A stretch of 64,000 bases of DNA, from positions 64,480,001-64,544,000 of the forward strand of contig OX597826.1 in the NCBI GenBank assembly GCA_951406725.2, given 5' to 3'. Shown one piece after another: positions 26,531-39,000 of the stretch (positions are counted from its first letter, which is position 1; each line of letters opens with the position of its first letter). The translations under genes were made by a program, and so were the position numbers. This DNA is from Octopus vulgaris (taxonomy: Eukaryota). The notes beneath the pieces were generated by a model that saw only the letters and a list, made by a program, of their open reading frames with translations, searched no databases and had not been told where the DNA came from.

Positions 26531-27231
26531 TATGAAATACAAACTAAATTAAATATGAATATCAGAGGAGGTGCACCCATACAAAAGTAGGTACATACCC
26601 ATAATATATAATATACACATACATATGATTGCATATACCCATACTCCTATACATATATATATACATATAATAATATAAATCAATATACATATATATGTGT
26701 TCTATATTCAATGTTACAGTTGGTCAACATAATATTATGATATTACAATATAGAAAACATACACATATTCATATTCAAATGCACATATACAAAGTCAAGA
26801 GTTCATTATATTAAGTTACAAAATGTCATTAATATTACCATCATTACCACTATTGCTACTAATATCATTATTATTATTATCAATAACATTAATACCAGCA
26901 AAACAATATATGCATCATGTGGTTAGCAACATAATAGCAAAAGCAACAACAACAATAATACTACATAATAATCATCATTTAACGTCTGCTTTCCATGCTA
27001 GCATGGGTTGGATGGTTCAACAGGGGTCTGGGAAGCCCGAAGGCTGCACCAGGCCAGTCAGATCTGGTGGTGTTTCTACAGCAGGATGCCCTTCCTAACG
27101 CCAACCACTCCGTGAGTGTAGTGAGTGCTTTTTATGTGCCACCGGCATGGAGGCCAGGCGAGGCTGGCAACGGCCATGATCGGCTGGTCTTTGTTACGTA
27201 TATATGTATGTGTGTATGTATGTATATGTAC

Positions 27232-27269
<38 letters not shown>

Positions 27270-27581
27270 ATATATGTATATATATATATATACACATGTA
27301 TGCATATAATCATGTTCTATGCTTGCATGGGTTGGACAAAAATGTTTTTCAGTGCCTACTGGAATCATAATCCAGACACACCATAAATTGTGCAGACATG
27401 CTAAACACTAAGGCAATTGTCATTTTATTCATTCTTTCACTCATTCATCCATTCATACATACATACATGTTTTGTGCGTGTGTGTGTAATTGCACACACA
27501 ATTACGGAGAAAGAGAGTGAGAAATGGTAAAGTGTAATGCATAAATGAAAATCAGAAGAATTCCTTTTTTCTTTGTTGCAG

Positions 27582-27635
27582 ATTGCAGAAGAGATGGAAA
27601 AAGAAAGAAAAATGTTTCAGTTACAAGCATGTGAA
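27582..27635 (+). CDS. ASAP1: Internal exon of an ASAP-family ArfGAP (BAR domain; IAEEMEKERKMFQLQACE)
   Basis: Strong polypyrimidine tract plus TTGCAG acceptor, 54-nt phase 0-0 open frame, GTAAGT donor. The peptide matches the ASAP1/2 BAR segment IAEEMEKERRLFQLQMCE recalled from vertebrate ASAPs. Too short for the ORF track. The symbol denotes the family, not a specific vertebrate paralog. Confidence 0.85.
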
Positions 27636-28348
27636 GTAAGTATCTTTAATGACAGGACGGGCATCTGACTGTAAAGCAATGCATTAGTAATATTTATTCG
27701 TCTGACCTTTACTACCACTGCAAAATAGACAATATAATGAACAAAATATCAGAATGAAAATTGTATTTTTACCATTCAGCTGGTCATTATATTTCTTGAC
27801 CATCCAACACTGACATCAACAGATCAGCTGTCCTCTATTATAATGACCATCACTACTGGCATTTCAAGTTTACCAGGTCACTATGTAACTGATATCTACT
27901 TATTGCTAATGTATATGTAACAAATCCTTAAAGAGAGAGCCCCAGGATGACCACAGTCCAATGACTGAAACAAGAAAAGGATAAAAGATAGATAGTCCCC
28001 AAAAACATTTAGTCATGGGACCCCTAGGCTAATCCCTGCTTTGATAGTGAAAGTGGGCTTAACTCTAGCATTTAATCCAGCCATTTCTGGTCCAGATATT
28101 CTCCTGGTTTTATGTTAAAACTGAGCAGATCCAATGTCTCACACCTACCCTACAAGGTCATTCTAAAAATAAACAACCACAACATAGAAATTGTGAAGCA
28201 ATGAGAAAATGCATGATTAATTCAAAACAATGTGAATAAATAAGGTTTACATTTGACAAAGAAATCTGAATGTTCAAGAGTTAAAGTTGTATTTGTGTGG
28301 CCTATTCTATCCATATCAGATACCATAAGCATCCACATAAATCTTTCG

Positions 28349-28812
28349 CATTGCTAGCTTTCCATACTTTGGCATTGCTAGTTTTCCATACTATGTGATT
28401 TTGGCATTGCTAGCTTTCCATACTTTGTGATTTTGGCATTGCTAGCTTTCCATACTTTGTGATTTTGGCACTGATAGCTTTCCATACTTTGTGATTTTGG
28501 CACTGCTAGCTTTCCATAGTGTGTGATTTTGGCATTGCTAGCTTTCCATACTTTGTGATTTTGGCACTGCTAGCTTTCCATACTTTGTGATTTTGGCACC
28601 GATGGGTTTCCATACTTTGTGATTTTGGCACCGATGGGTTTCCATACTCTGTGATTTTGGCACCGCCGGCTTTCCATACCTTGTGATTTTGGCACCAATG
28701 GCTTTCCATACTTTGCGATTTTGGCACTGCCAGCTTTCCATACTTTGCGATTTTGGCGCCGCTGGCTTTCCATACTTTCTGTGATTTTGACATTGCTAGT
28801 TTTCCATACTTT
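28349..28812 (+). repeat. Minisatellite, 32-bp unit, ~14 copies
   Basis: Unit TTTCCATACTTTGTGATTTTGGCA plus a variable 8-mer. Confidence 0.95.
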
Positions 28813-30391
28813 CTGTTAGTCCCTCATTTGCAAACTTAAATCTTAAATATACATTAACTATATGAAGATATGATCTACTGGTAGTCAGTAATGTAGTGAC
28901 TTTTTTTTTAAAAAGACTTATATAAAATGAAAAATGAAAAACATTGGTTTACATGATATTAAGTTCCACAAGTGTACAAACGTACATGCGAGTCCAGGCC
29001 ATAATTTCGACTGTGACACGTATAAAGTATTACATTCAGAAATAGTTAAGAATCGAATGCTAAATATGATTGGCCGGTACATTTAAATTTCAATTGTCTT
29101 CGTTACGGTTGGTTTAAGAAACACCCACACACGCAAATGTGCACCCATACACACATACACGGACAAACCACAACACAGGAGATACCAGCCCACACACACA
29201 CACGTTTACATACAAATCTACTCACATATATCCATAAAAATACATACATGCAAGCACACAGACACCCACACCCAGTCGATGTATCATAAGATACATAATT
29301 AAAATAACACCATATATTTCGTAAATGGTTTAATAAATTATGTGATTGGGTATTATCTGGTAGTTGATCATTGATTAAGATGTGTTTCTCCATTTTCTTA
29401 TTTTGTATATATATATATATATACAGTACATATACAGAAAGAGAGAGAGTCCAGTGGATGAGTAGATTTGTGTTTTCTACATCTGGAAGGAAAAAAAGTT
29501 TGTGCAACTGCTTCTTGTATATATTTTCACCAATGATTGCTCTTCAGTCCTTCCCACACTAATAAATTGCTACCATAATTATTAATTACAACAGTGGCCC
29601 TGACGATTGTTGTTCAGTGGCACGTGATAAACTTAATTAAATACATATGCATTAGTAGGATGACAAAACTTTCTGAACATCATACCAGTCCTCATTAGTG
29701 ATAGGAGTGGTGGGATCTAAGTTTCTTGGAGATATATTAGCAGAAAGATATAAATATATTTATGCATACACTTCTAAGATACACATACAAGCATAAACAT
29801 ATGTGTATGGTATGTATCTAGGAATATGTGATTAAGCTTGAATTAATACAGCATCTTAGTGGCATAATATGTGCATGCGTGGAGTAAGAGTCCTATATAT
29901 GTCTTTGTTGGGGAGAGGAGTCCTATGAATAATTATGATGGTTGAGGTTCAGAACATACAGTTTTCAGAATGAGATCCATGTCATAGCACTTGGTGTTAA
30001 AGAATACATCAAGACAAACGTTATGAAATTCAGTGTTGAGGTAGAGTGAGTGTTTTGCAAGGTACAATTTGCAAGTACTCGACCACTTTTTATTTATAAA
30101 ATGCAAAAAAACGATACGTGAATATATGTCAATACATGAAAGGGATTTAAATATTTATATTTTAGAAAAATGACAATGAAAGGCAAAAACTTAGAAGCCA
30201 TTGTTACTTTGAAATAGATATATACACATACATACATGTATATATGTTACAGTCTAAGATATATATACATTTATATATATATATATACATATAAGAAATA
30301 TGGTATGGTCCAATGATGCCTATTTTTATAAAATATGCATTAATCAATATTATTAACCCTCTTCTTCTCTCCTTTCCTCCTTGTAGAGAGT

Positions 30392-30495
30392 TTAGGTTTC
30401 CTTGTGATTCTCATGAAGTTGTCGTCGAGCCTCTTCAATAATTTTTATAATGGACAAAGTATCGGAATGGACGTGAGCAGGACATTCAAGCTGAC
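30392..30495 (-). CDS. DHDH: DHDH-A exon 7 (GQLECPAH...ARRQLHENHKET*)
   Basis: AAG acceptor, TAA stop at 30394-30392. Confidence 0.9.
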
Positions 30496-33400
30496 CTTTA
30501 GGAAAGAGGAAAAATAATTTTTTTTAAAACACAAAAATATAATAGAATTTCTAATTATGTAGTAAGAAAATATTGATTACAAAATGTTTTGCATGTTGTT
30601 TATGCCATAAGAATTTAGAAACTTCAAGAAACATGAAATGATTTTTTTCTAATGGTCGGACTTGAAGTAGATAAAGCTATAATGTGTAAATATCAGGTTA
30701 ACCCTTAAGCATTTACATTATTCTGTCTAAAGTAATGCTTACTTATTCACATTGTTTTGAATTAATCATGCATTATTTTGAAGCTTTCAGATTCTGATGT
30801 GGTTACAGTTAATATTTAGAATTATATTGTAGGGTTGGTGTGAGAAGCCAGATCCAACCAGTCTGTGCATAAAACAGGTAGGACATTTTGGTCAGAAATG
30901 GTCATTTTAAATGCCAAAGGGTTAAAAAAAACCCTTTAGATAAAAAATGTTGATGGTTGTGTGATGGTTCTGTGAACATGACAGACAGTCTATCTTTGTA
31001 CCAAAGCAATCCTTTGAATCTCTCTCCATTTTAAATACTTTGTTCTTACCAGTAAGTTGTATGTTATTTATTTACATCATAAGCCCATGTTGACATACAA
31101 AGGTAGTTTACTTTGGTGTAATCCAGTTAATTGGAAGACTTCTTATTACAAAAAGATAGAAATTATAAAACACTTACCTTTCTCAAAACATTGGCGAACA
31201 CAATCAGCTTGGTAAGCTAATCCAGCGCTGTTGGGGTAATTATACGTAGCATTGGATTTGGGGAGTGGAAATTCTCTTTCTTCTCCATTCACCTCAATTT
31301 TGTTGGCACCCCAAAATGGTGGACATACCTGTTAAAATAGGAATGTATGATATATTCATTACGATAGTTTAGCTAATTTTCGTGACTGTTAATATTACAA
31401 AAGATTTCATGCAATAGTTTTATCAAGAAACTATTGATTAATAAATGTTGTATTTCATACAATAATTATAATATCATTTAAATTTAAATTCTAGATTAAC
31501 TAACAATAAATTTTAAGTCCAAAAATATTTATCATTCAATCAAGGAATTACTTACATAAATTTTGCCTTTAGTTCCATAAATATATGCATCAGTTCTTCC
31601 TGTTATAGCAGTATTGTAGGACAAAGAGGCTCTGGCACCATCCTTATAAGTCAGAATAATATTGGCAGACTGGTCAACACCTTTTCCAAATGAAACAATA
31701 TTATTTCTTATTTTGCATTGCTAAACACTGATTGCTATTATAAATAAAAAATAAATGCGCCTTTTTAAAGCCTAGCCAGGCTCATGGACCCAGCTTCCCA
31801 GTTTCTATGGTGTATGTGTTCCCCAGCTGGACGGGACGCCAGTCCATCGCAGCGTTACTCATTTTTGCCAGCTGCGTGGACTGGAGCAACGTGAAGTAAA
31901 ATGTTTTGCTCAAGAACAAAACATGTCACCTGGTCCAGGAATCGAAACCACAATCTTACGATCATGATGCTGACACCCTAACCACTAAGCCACACGCCTC
32001 CACGATTGCTAATACACAGTACTGTAAAAGACCTGACCACCTACGCAAGCATGACAAAACATAAGATGAAATGGTGGGTGGTGATGGAAGCTGGAATATA
32101 TATATAATATGATATTCAGTCATTTCAAGGATGTCATGTCCTCATTAGGGATTAATAAATCCAAAATTTCACTGGTTTAACCTCCATCACATTAGAAGAA
32201 AATATATATTAAATTGATAGATACATCTCTTAACAGCTAGATAATTCAAACTTGAGTCTATACTAACATATATTGTACATAAACAATTAAATTTGATTTG
32301 ATATGATTCAACGACCACGAATACATGGATATTTACTTGTATCTATTAGATACAATAGAAATTATACAGTTACAATGGTTTATTTAATGTTCTTTATTTT
32401 GTATCTATTTTTAAAAATTTATTTTTATTACATAATTATTTTTCCTTACAGACCCACCATTATTTAATTATTTATATTTTAAAATTCCTTTTTATTCTAT
32501 CTTTATTTTTTTTTACTTACTTGAATTTAACATTCACAAATACATACACACAATATACAAGTTATAAATTTTTAAAGTTCCTTAGTTTTTGATTTGAATC
32601 CCTTCAAGAAAAATGTAACCTTCGTTTTACAAAAACAAAAACAAAAAAAAAACTCTGAAGAGGTTCTGCCCCCACACAGATTAAAATGATAACCAATTCT
32701 TAGCATTGGATTTGACCCAAATGCTCCAAATTATGCATTACTAAGGGGCCATAATTGAAATATATGCAGGTTTTTTTAATTTCTTTCATACTTTTAAAAA
32801 GTTTATTTGTATTTAAATTTTAACTTCAACTATACATCCTCAACTCTCCACTTTCTTACCTTATTGATATATAATATAATCTATATATAAAGTCCGTCAT
32901 ATATATATATATATGTAATAAAAAATAAAATAAATGCAACCTTTTAAAGCCTAGCCAGGTTCATGGGCCCGGCTTCACGGTTTCTATGGCGTATGTGTTC
33001 CCCAGCTGGACAGGACGCCAGTCCATCGCAGCGTTACTCAATTTTGCCAGCTGAGTGGACTGGAGCAACATGAAATGAAGTGTGTTCTGCTCAAGAATAC
33101 AACACGTCGCCCGGTCCAAGAATCGAAACCACAATCTTACGATCATGATGCTGACAGCCTAACCACTGAGCCAAGTATATATATATATCTATATATATGA
33201 TGGACTTCAGCCAACCAAATTCATTAATGGTCAACCCAAAACTATAACTGAAGACACTTACCCAAGGTTTTGTGCAGTGGGATTGAATTCAGAACAATGT
33301 GATTTTAAAACCAACTTTTGAACCACATATCCATGCCTGCACATAAATATGACTATTTATGTAAAGTAGAATATGTCACATACTGGGTGGTGTATCAACT

Positions 33401-35966
33401 CCGGATTACTCAGTTTTATAGGATTAAGTAAGAAATCACAGTTTATATCTTCCTCTTCACCAATAACCATCATGTAGCTGCACACCATTCATTCTTTCTC
33501 TCTTTCCTTTCTTCAATTATCCATTCTTGTTCTAACTTCTAGCTCTCAAAAAATTATCAATATCCTTAAGCAGCATGAAACCTTTATTATTGATATACTT
33601 ACCTGTATCAGCAATTGTTCCAACAGCAGTAATTGTCTCAGGTTTCTCTCTGAATATGAAGTTTGCAAGCCATATTGTATATACACCAATTTCCAAGATA
33701 CCACCACCACCCAAAGAGCGCTGAGAAATACGTGGCTTTGAAAATATGTCGACAAAAAATGCCACATCTAAGTAGCGTATCTTTCCTATGGTTCCAGACT
33801 CAATTTCTTTTCTAATAGCTGCGTAAGCTGGGAAGAAGTTAGACCACAAACCCTGAAAGTAAAACATTTATGTGGAAGGTAAAAATAAATAAATAACAAG
33901 AGAGAGAGAGAGAGAGAGAGAGTGCAATAAGAATAAAAGAGAAAGGCATATAAATAAAGTGAAGGGGAGAAAGACATGCAAATTTAAATTTTCCTTTCAC
34001 TAAACTGTAAGCTGCAAAAGTCCCTGATGGTTATCCAGAAGGAAGAGGTATTTTTAATGAGAATTAATCATAATGTTTTGGTCCTTGATGTATGATCCCT
34101 ACCTAAAAGTTGCGGAACTAACACAATGTCTATTGGTTCTATTTGAGTCAACATGACTTTGAGCGACAAGATATTCAACCTTGTTGCAATTGACTACAAA
34201 GTAAATAAGGACAATCCTTTATAAAGTAATCCAAGCAAACGAATATGTACTGACAGAGAGAAAAGAAAATTTTTAGTATTGTTTGAAATGGAATTTTTGA
34301 CTCAGGTAATCTTCAAAAGGCCTTCTGATATATGGTGAAAAGGGAACATGGGGGAAAATTGGTTGAGATACATTGCTTTATGTCATTACTTAGCCAACTA
34401 GAAAGAGAAACCAAACTGTCCCAAATCACAACCTAGGATCTTAAAAAAGAACACATCAGACAATGAAGCTTCAAATAATACTGCCTCTGAAAAAAGGGGG
34501 GAAGGTCACAGTGGGAAAGATCCTGATCATTAATTTACTTGATTATGGCTGATGCAGGGTTAAAAAACAGTATATCAACATTCACCATTTCAGTAGAAAC
34601 CCTTTCATCATCATCATTGTTCGACCATGGTCGAGACAATGGAATTTACCATGCTACGCCAGACTTCATGGTCCATCATAGCATTACGGAGGTCCTGTTG
34701 CTGGATGCCTGTATCCCTGGAGATTACATCAGGGTAGGAGAGTGCGCACCCTCTGGTATTGCGAGTAGATGGCTTCCAGAGGAGAAGAGTAGAAATTACT
34801 TCTTTTTCAGCTCTACAACAATGTCCAGCAAACTGGACTCTCCTACCTTTCACAAGAGATGACACAGGCGGTAGTTTACAATATATTTGCATTTTGGTTG
34901 GATGGCGCTTCCACGAGAGATTTTGAGCTCTCATAAGGAGGCGAGTGTAGGTTCCATCCAACCGCCTCTCAAGCTTCTTTGATAACGTCCAGGTTTCTGA
35001 GCCATATAGTAGAATTGGTTCGACTGTGGCTTTGAAGATTTCAGAAACCCTTTAGCATTCAGTCTACTCTGTTAAATGTAATGCTTCTTTATTCACATTG
35101 TTTTGAATTAACCATGCATTATCTCGTAGCTTTAGTAGTAGTAGTAGTGGTGGTGGTGGTAACAGCAACAACATTTGTGCAATTGAAAGATACCTTATTT
35201 GCAGACTTATAACTGCAAGGGCTATGTTATGGTAAGGGAGTTTTCATCTGTAGCTGGAGGGTCACAAGAGTCTCGCCTCTCAGCCTGTAATGCTTCGTCT
35301 GAGTTTCACCTGCAGTCTCTCGTCAACCACAACCATCATGAGCTGGTTAAATAAAATTGGTTTAAACAAAGAAATAATTAAAGAAAGAATGATAGCAGTC
35401 GCAGTCGTGGATCCCTTTTGATTCCTTTTATCATCAGTAGCAGTTGATGTTGCTTAGCCCCAGGTCAGCCTGATTGTGCTGATCGTTCCAGTTGCAATCA
35501 TTTTCTGTTTTGTTTTTATGATTATATAATTTTAGAATGACATTGGAGGATAGGTATGAGGGCTCAGATCTAGCCAGTTTGAACATAAAACAGGTAGAAC
35601 TTTTGGGGCTGGATAGGGCTGGCCTAAATGCTAAAAGGTTAAATGACGTACCTCCATAAAAAATAATTTCTGTGATTTTGCAAGTTCAAGCATTTCCACT
35701 GTCTCTTTCAGATTATTACCACAGGTTTTCTCACACAGAACTGGTTTGCCATTGTTAAGCATGAGAACGGAAAGAGGATGATGGTAGCAGTTGATGGTTG
35801 AAAGGTATACCAAATCTGTGAGAGACATAGAATAAAATTACTATTTTTAGATTCAAAGGAATTTATTTATTTCATTCATTTTATGATAAACAGTAATAAA
35901 TGATTTTTAGACATGGTCTATATACACACAGACACACACTTGTTGGATGCCAGGTGTATGTATGTG

Positions 35967-36002
<36 letters not shown>

Positions 36003-39000
36003 TACAAACACATGTAAATACACACATAACATCATACATATGCTTTCCATGCTGGCATGAGTTGGATGGTTACGTGCCTGAGTCAGTTCTTATTCACAAT
36101 TATTTTCCTTCTAGGTGGGCTGGAGGATCACTTCTTGTTTGTATGTTCCAATTTGAATTAGCTTCTTATTTCTTTATTGTCCACCAGGGGCTAAACATAG
36201 AGGGGACAAACAAGGACATACAAACGGATTAAGTCGATTACATCGACCCCAGTGCGCAACTGGTACTTAATTTATCGACCCTGAAAGGATGAAAGGCAAA
36301 GTCGACCTCGGCGGAATTTGAACTCAGAACGTAACGGCAGAAGAAATACTACTAAGCATTTCGCCCGGGGTGCTAACGTTTCTGCCAGCTCACCGCCTAA
36401 TTTGAATTAGCTTCTGTTTCCTAACACCAACTAATTTACAGTGTGTTCATTCAATCATTCATTCATTCATTCATACACAAACACATACATATGTATGGAC
36501 TACTGGCATGGTCTGTTAGATTAGTTATCTTGTGCTAAGTATTACAGTGAAATTTATTAAAACTGAATTTTGTTTAAGAACAAAACTGATTAAAATAAAA
36601 TAGGAAATCTAAGAAGTTCATAAAATAACATAAAAGATTTGCAACCAGGTTTAGACTAAAATTATTTCATACCTATGTTGGGATCTTTGGCAAATTCTTC
36701 ATAGCTGTCATATACATTTGGTATCTTAAATTCTTCAGCATATTTCTTAGCCTTCTCTAAAGACTTGGATACCACAGCAGTTATCTGAATAAAAAAAAAT
36801 AATAATTTCACGTATAATTGAGTTATACATTGGAATGTTGATAGTTGATAATGTACATAAATAAATAAGGATTTATAAATATATTGATATAATGATAATA
36901 TTCTTTCTAATTTTGGTAAATGGCCAGCAATTTTGAGGGGAATAGGCAAGTCAATTATATAACTGGTACTTTATTTTACCGACAACAAAATGATGAAAGG
37001 CAAATGTGATGTCAGTGGAATTTGAACTCAAAATTTAATGAGTTGGTAACAATGTTGCTAAGCATTTTGTTTGACATGCTAACATCCCTCTGGTGTCACC
37101 TTACTGCACTTAAAAGATTATGTTCAATGATCTCTCTTTTGTTTTATCTGTTTCAGTCATTAGACTGCGGCCATGTTGGGGCACCACCTTGGAGAATATG
37201 TTAATCGAATGAATCGACCCCAGCATCCATTGTTTCATACATAGATTCACCCTTTGTACTCAGATGCTCCCTCCGAAGTTTTTATCATGCTTGAATCAAG
37301 CTATTAGAATCGGGAATTTCATCAAAACGTTGGCTCAGAATACTCGGCTGTTGAAGCTGCTCTGCGTAGATTTCGGCTCCGATCACATCTATCTCCTCTA
37401 ACACACAGAGGTTTGTTGGCTCTCCCGGGTTAATGCAGAGAAGGAACGCGACTTTCAAAAAGATCCGGAGGACGAGGTGTTTATCTCAAGGTTGAACTAC
37501 CTGTTGGGCATTTTTAGAGCCCTCAACCATTTAAACCTGTCGTTTCAAGGACCCAGCTCTACTTTCAAAGAGTTCATAACGAAGCTGGTAGCATTTGTCC
37601 GGAAGTTGGATCTGTGGTTGAAGAACGTGGAGAGCAAACGCTACGGAATGTTCGAACTCCTGACTACACTTGATAGCAAGCTTGATTTGAATGCCTTTAA
37701 TCACAACTTGGTGGAATTTCGGAATAGCTGTTGTGCATAAATCAGAATTTTTCTGGTTTAATTTTTTCACAGGGCAAACTTTTTGGGGGGAATCTGTTTT
37801 CCAAACGTTTGTGCACCCCTATCTTTTCATCACGCCTTCGAAATAGCATCCTCTGCCATGTGAAAGCATTCCATTATTATGAAACATCAATAATCTGCAT
37901 TTTTAGAGAAATAATTTTATAAACCTTCTTCACCTCTTTATTGTACTTTTCCATTTATCTGGCTGTGTATCTCACAAACTTTCCAGTTGGTTCTCCTCTC
38001 GCTTCACATCAGTTTACACACCCCGTTCTTTCTTTTCATTTATACACGCACACAATTAAACTTACTCGGACCTTCTCGTACCCGACGTCAGCCCGTCACG
38101 CTGTTCTCCAGCTACTGATTTTCACCTTTACGTGGGAGTGTGAGCAAGGGTTCCTCATACAGGTGTTCTTTTTCTTGGGGCAAATTCTTTGTTGACCAGT
38201 GTTATTCTAATCGTAGTTTACAAATCTAAGCATGAAAACATTACTCAACTTCGAAGTTTTGGAGACAGACGACCCCTTTTCATACACACACACACACATC
38301 CACTTATATATTAATGATGTACACAAATACATGAGAGGTAATCATGATACTGAAATACACATAAAGTAAACGCATACAGACAAATATATTAATATTACAA
38401 ATTTAAAATAATAATAATAATAACGTACAATCAATGAAAAGACAAAAGAAAAACAATAAAATGATACATGATATTTCTGTTTATTTAGAAACCTACAATG
38501 AAGAGAAGCTAAACTATAAATTACATCGAGTATGACCTTAAAGTTGACAGCGCTCCACCTAATGCAGAAAATTTCTGTCTCGCTATAAATACACAGTTTT
38601 GCAATTTTTAAACTTCTGTAACTTTTTCCCCTAATTTTTTTTTCTCTCCACAGCATCATATCAATTAGACTGGAAAACTGTATTATTATAGCCGAATGAA
38701 AAAAAACTAGATCCGTATGCATATATACTCTTACTCTTTACTCTTTTACTTGTTTCAGTCATTTGACTGTGGCCTTGTTGGAGCACCGCCTTTGGTCGAG
38801 CAAATCGACCCCAGGACTTATTCTTTGTAAGCCTAGTACTTATTATATCGGTCTCTCTTTTGCCGAACCGCTAAGTTACGGGGGACGTAAACACACCAGC
38901 ATCGGCTGTCAAGCGATGTTGGGGGGACAAATACAGACACACAAACACACACATATATACGACGGGCTTCTTTCAGTTTCCGTCTACCAAATCCACTCAC

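Noticed and set aside
28349-28812. Constant/variable alternation resembling CRISPR; repetitive ORFs 28506-28793
   Set aside because: The variable part is only 8 nt and derives from one ancestral sequence; a 32-bp unit is not a multiple of three.
29969-30040. Plus-strand AG...GT bounded open frame NEIHVIALGVKEYIKTNVMKFSVE as the next ASAP exon
   Set aside because: No resemblance to the expected YLIKVNEIKTKKG segment, weak splice context, and it overlaps the likely DHDH-A 3' UTR region.
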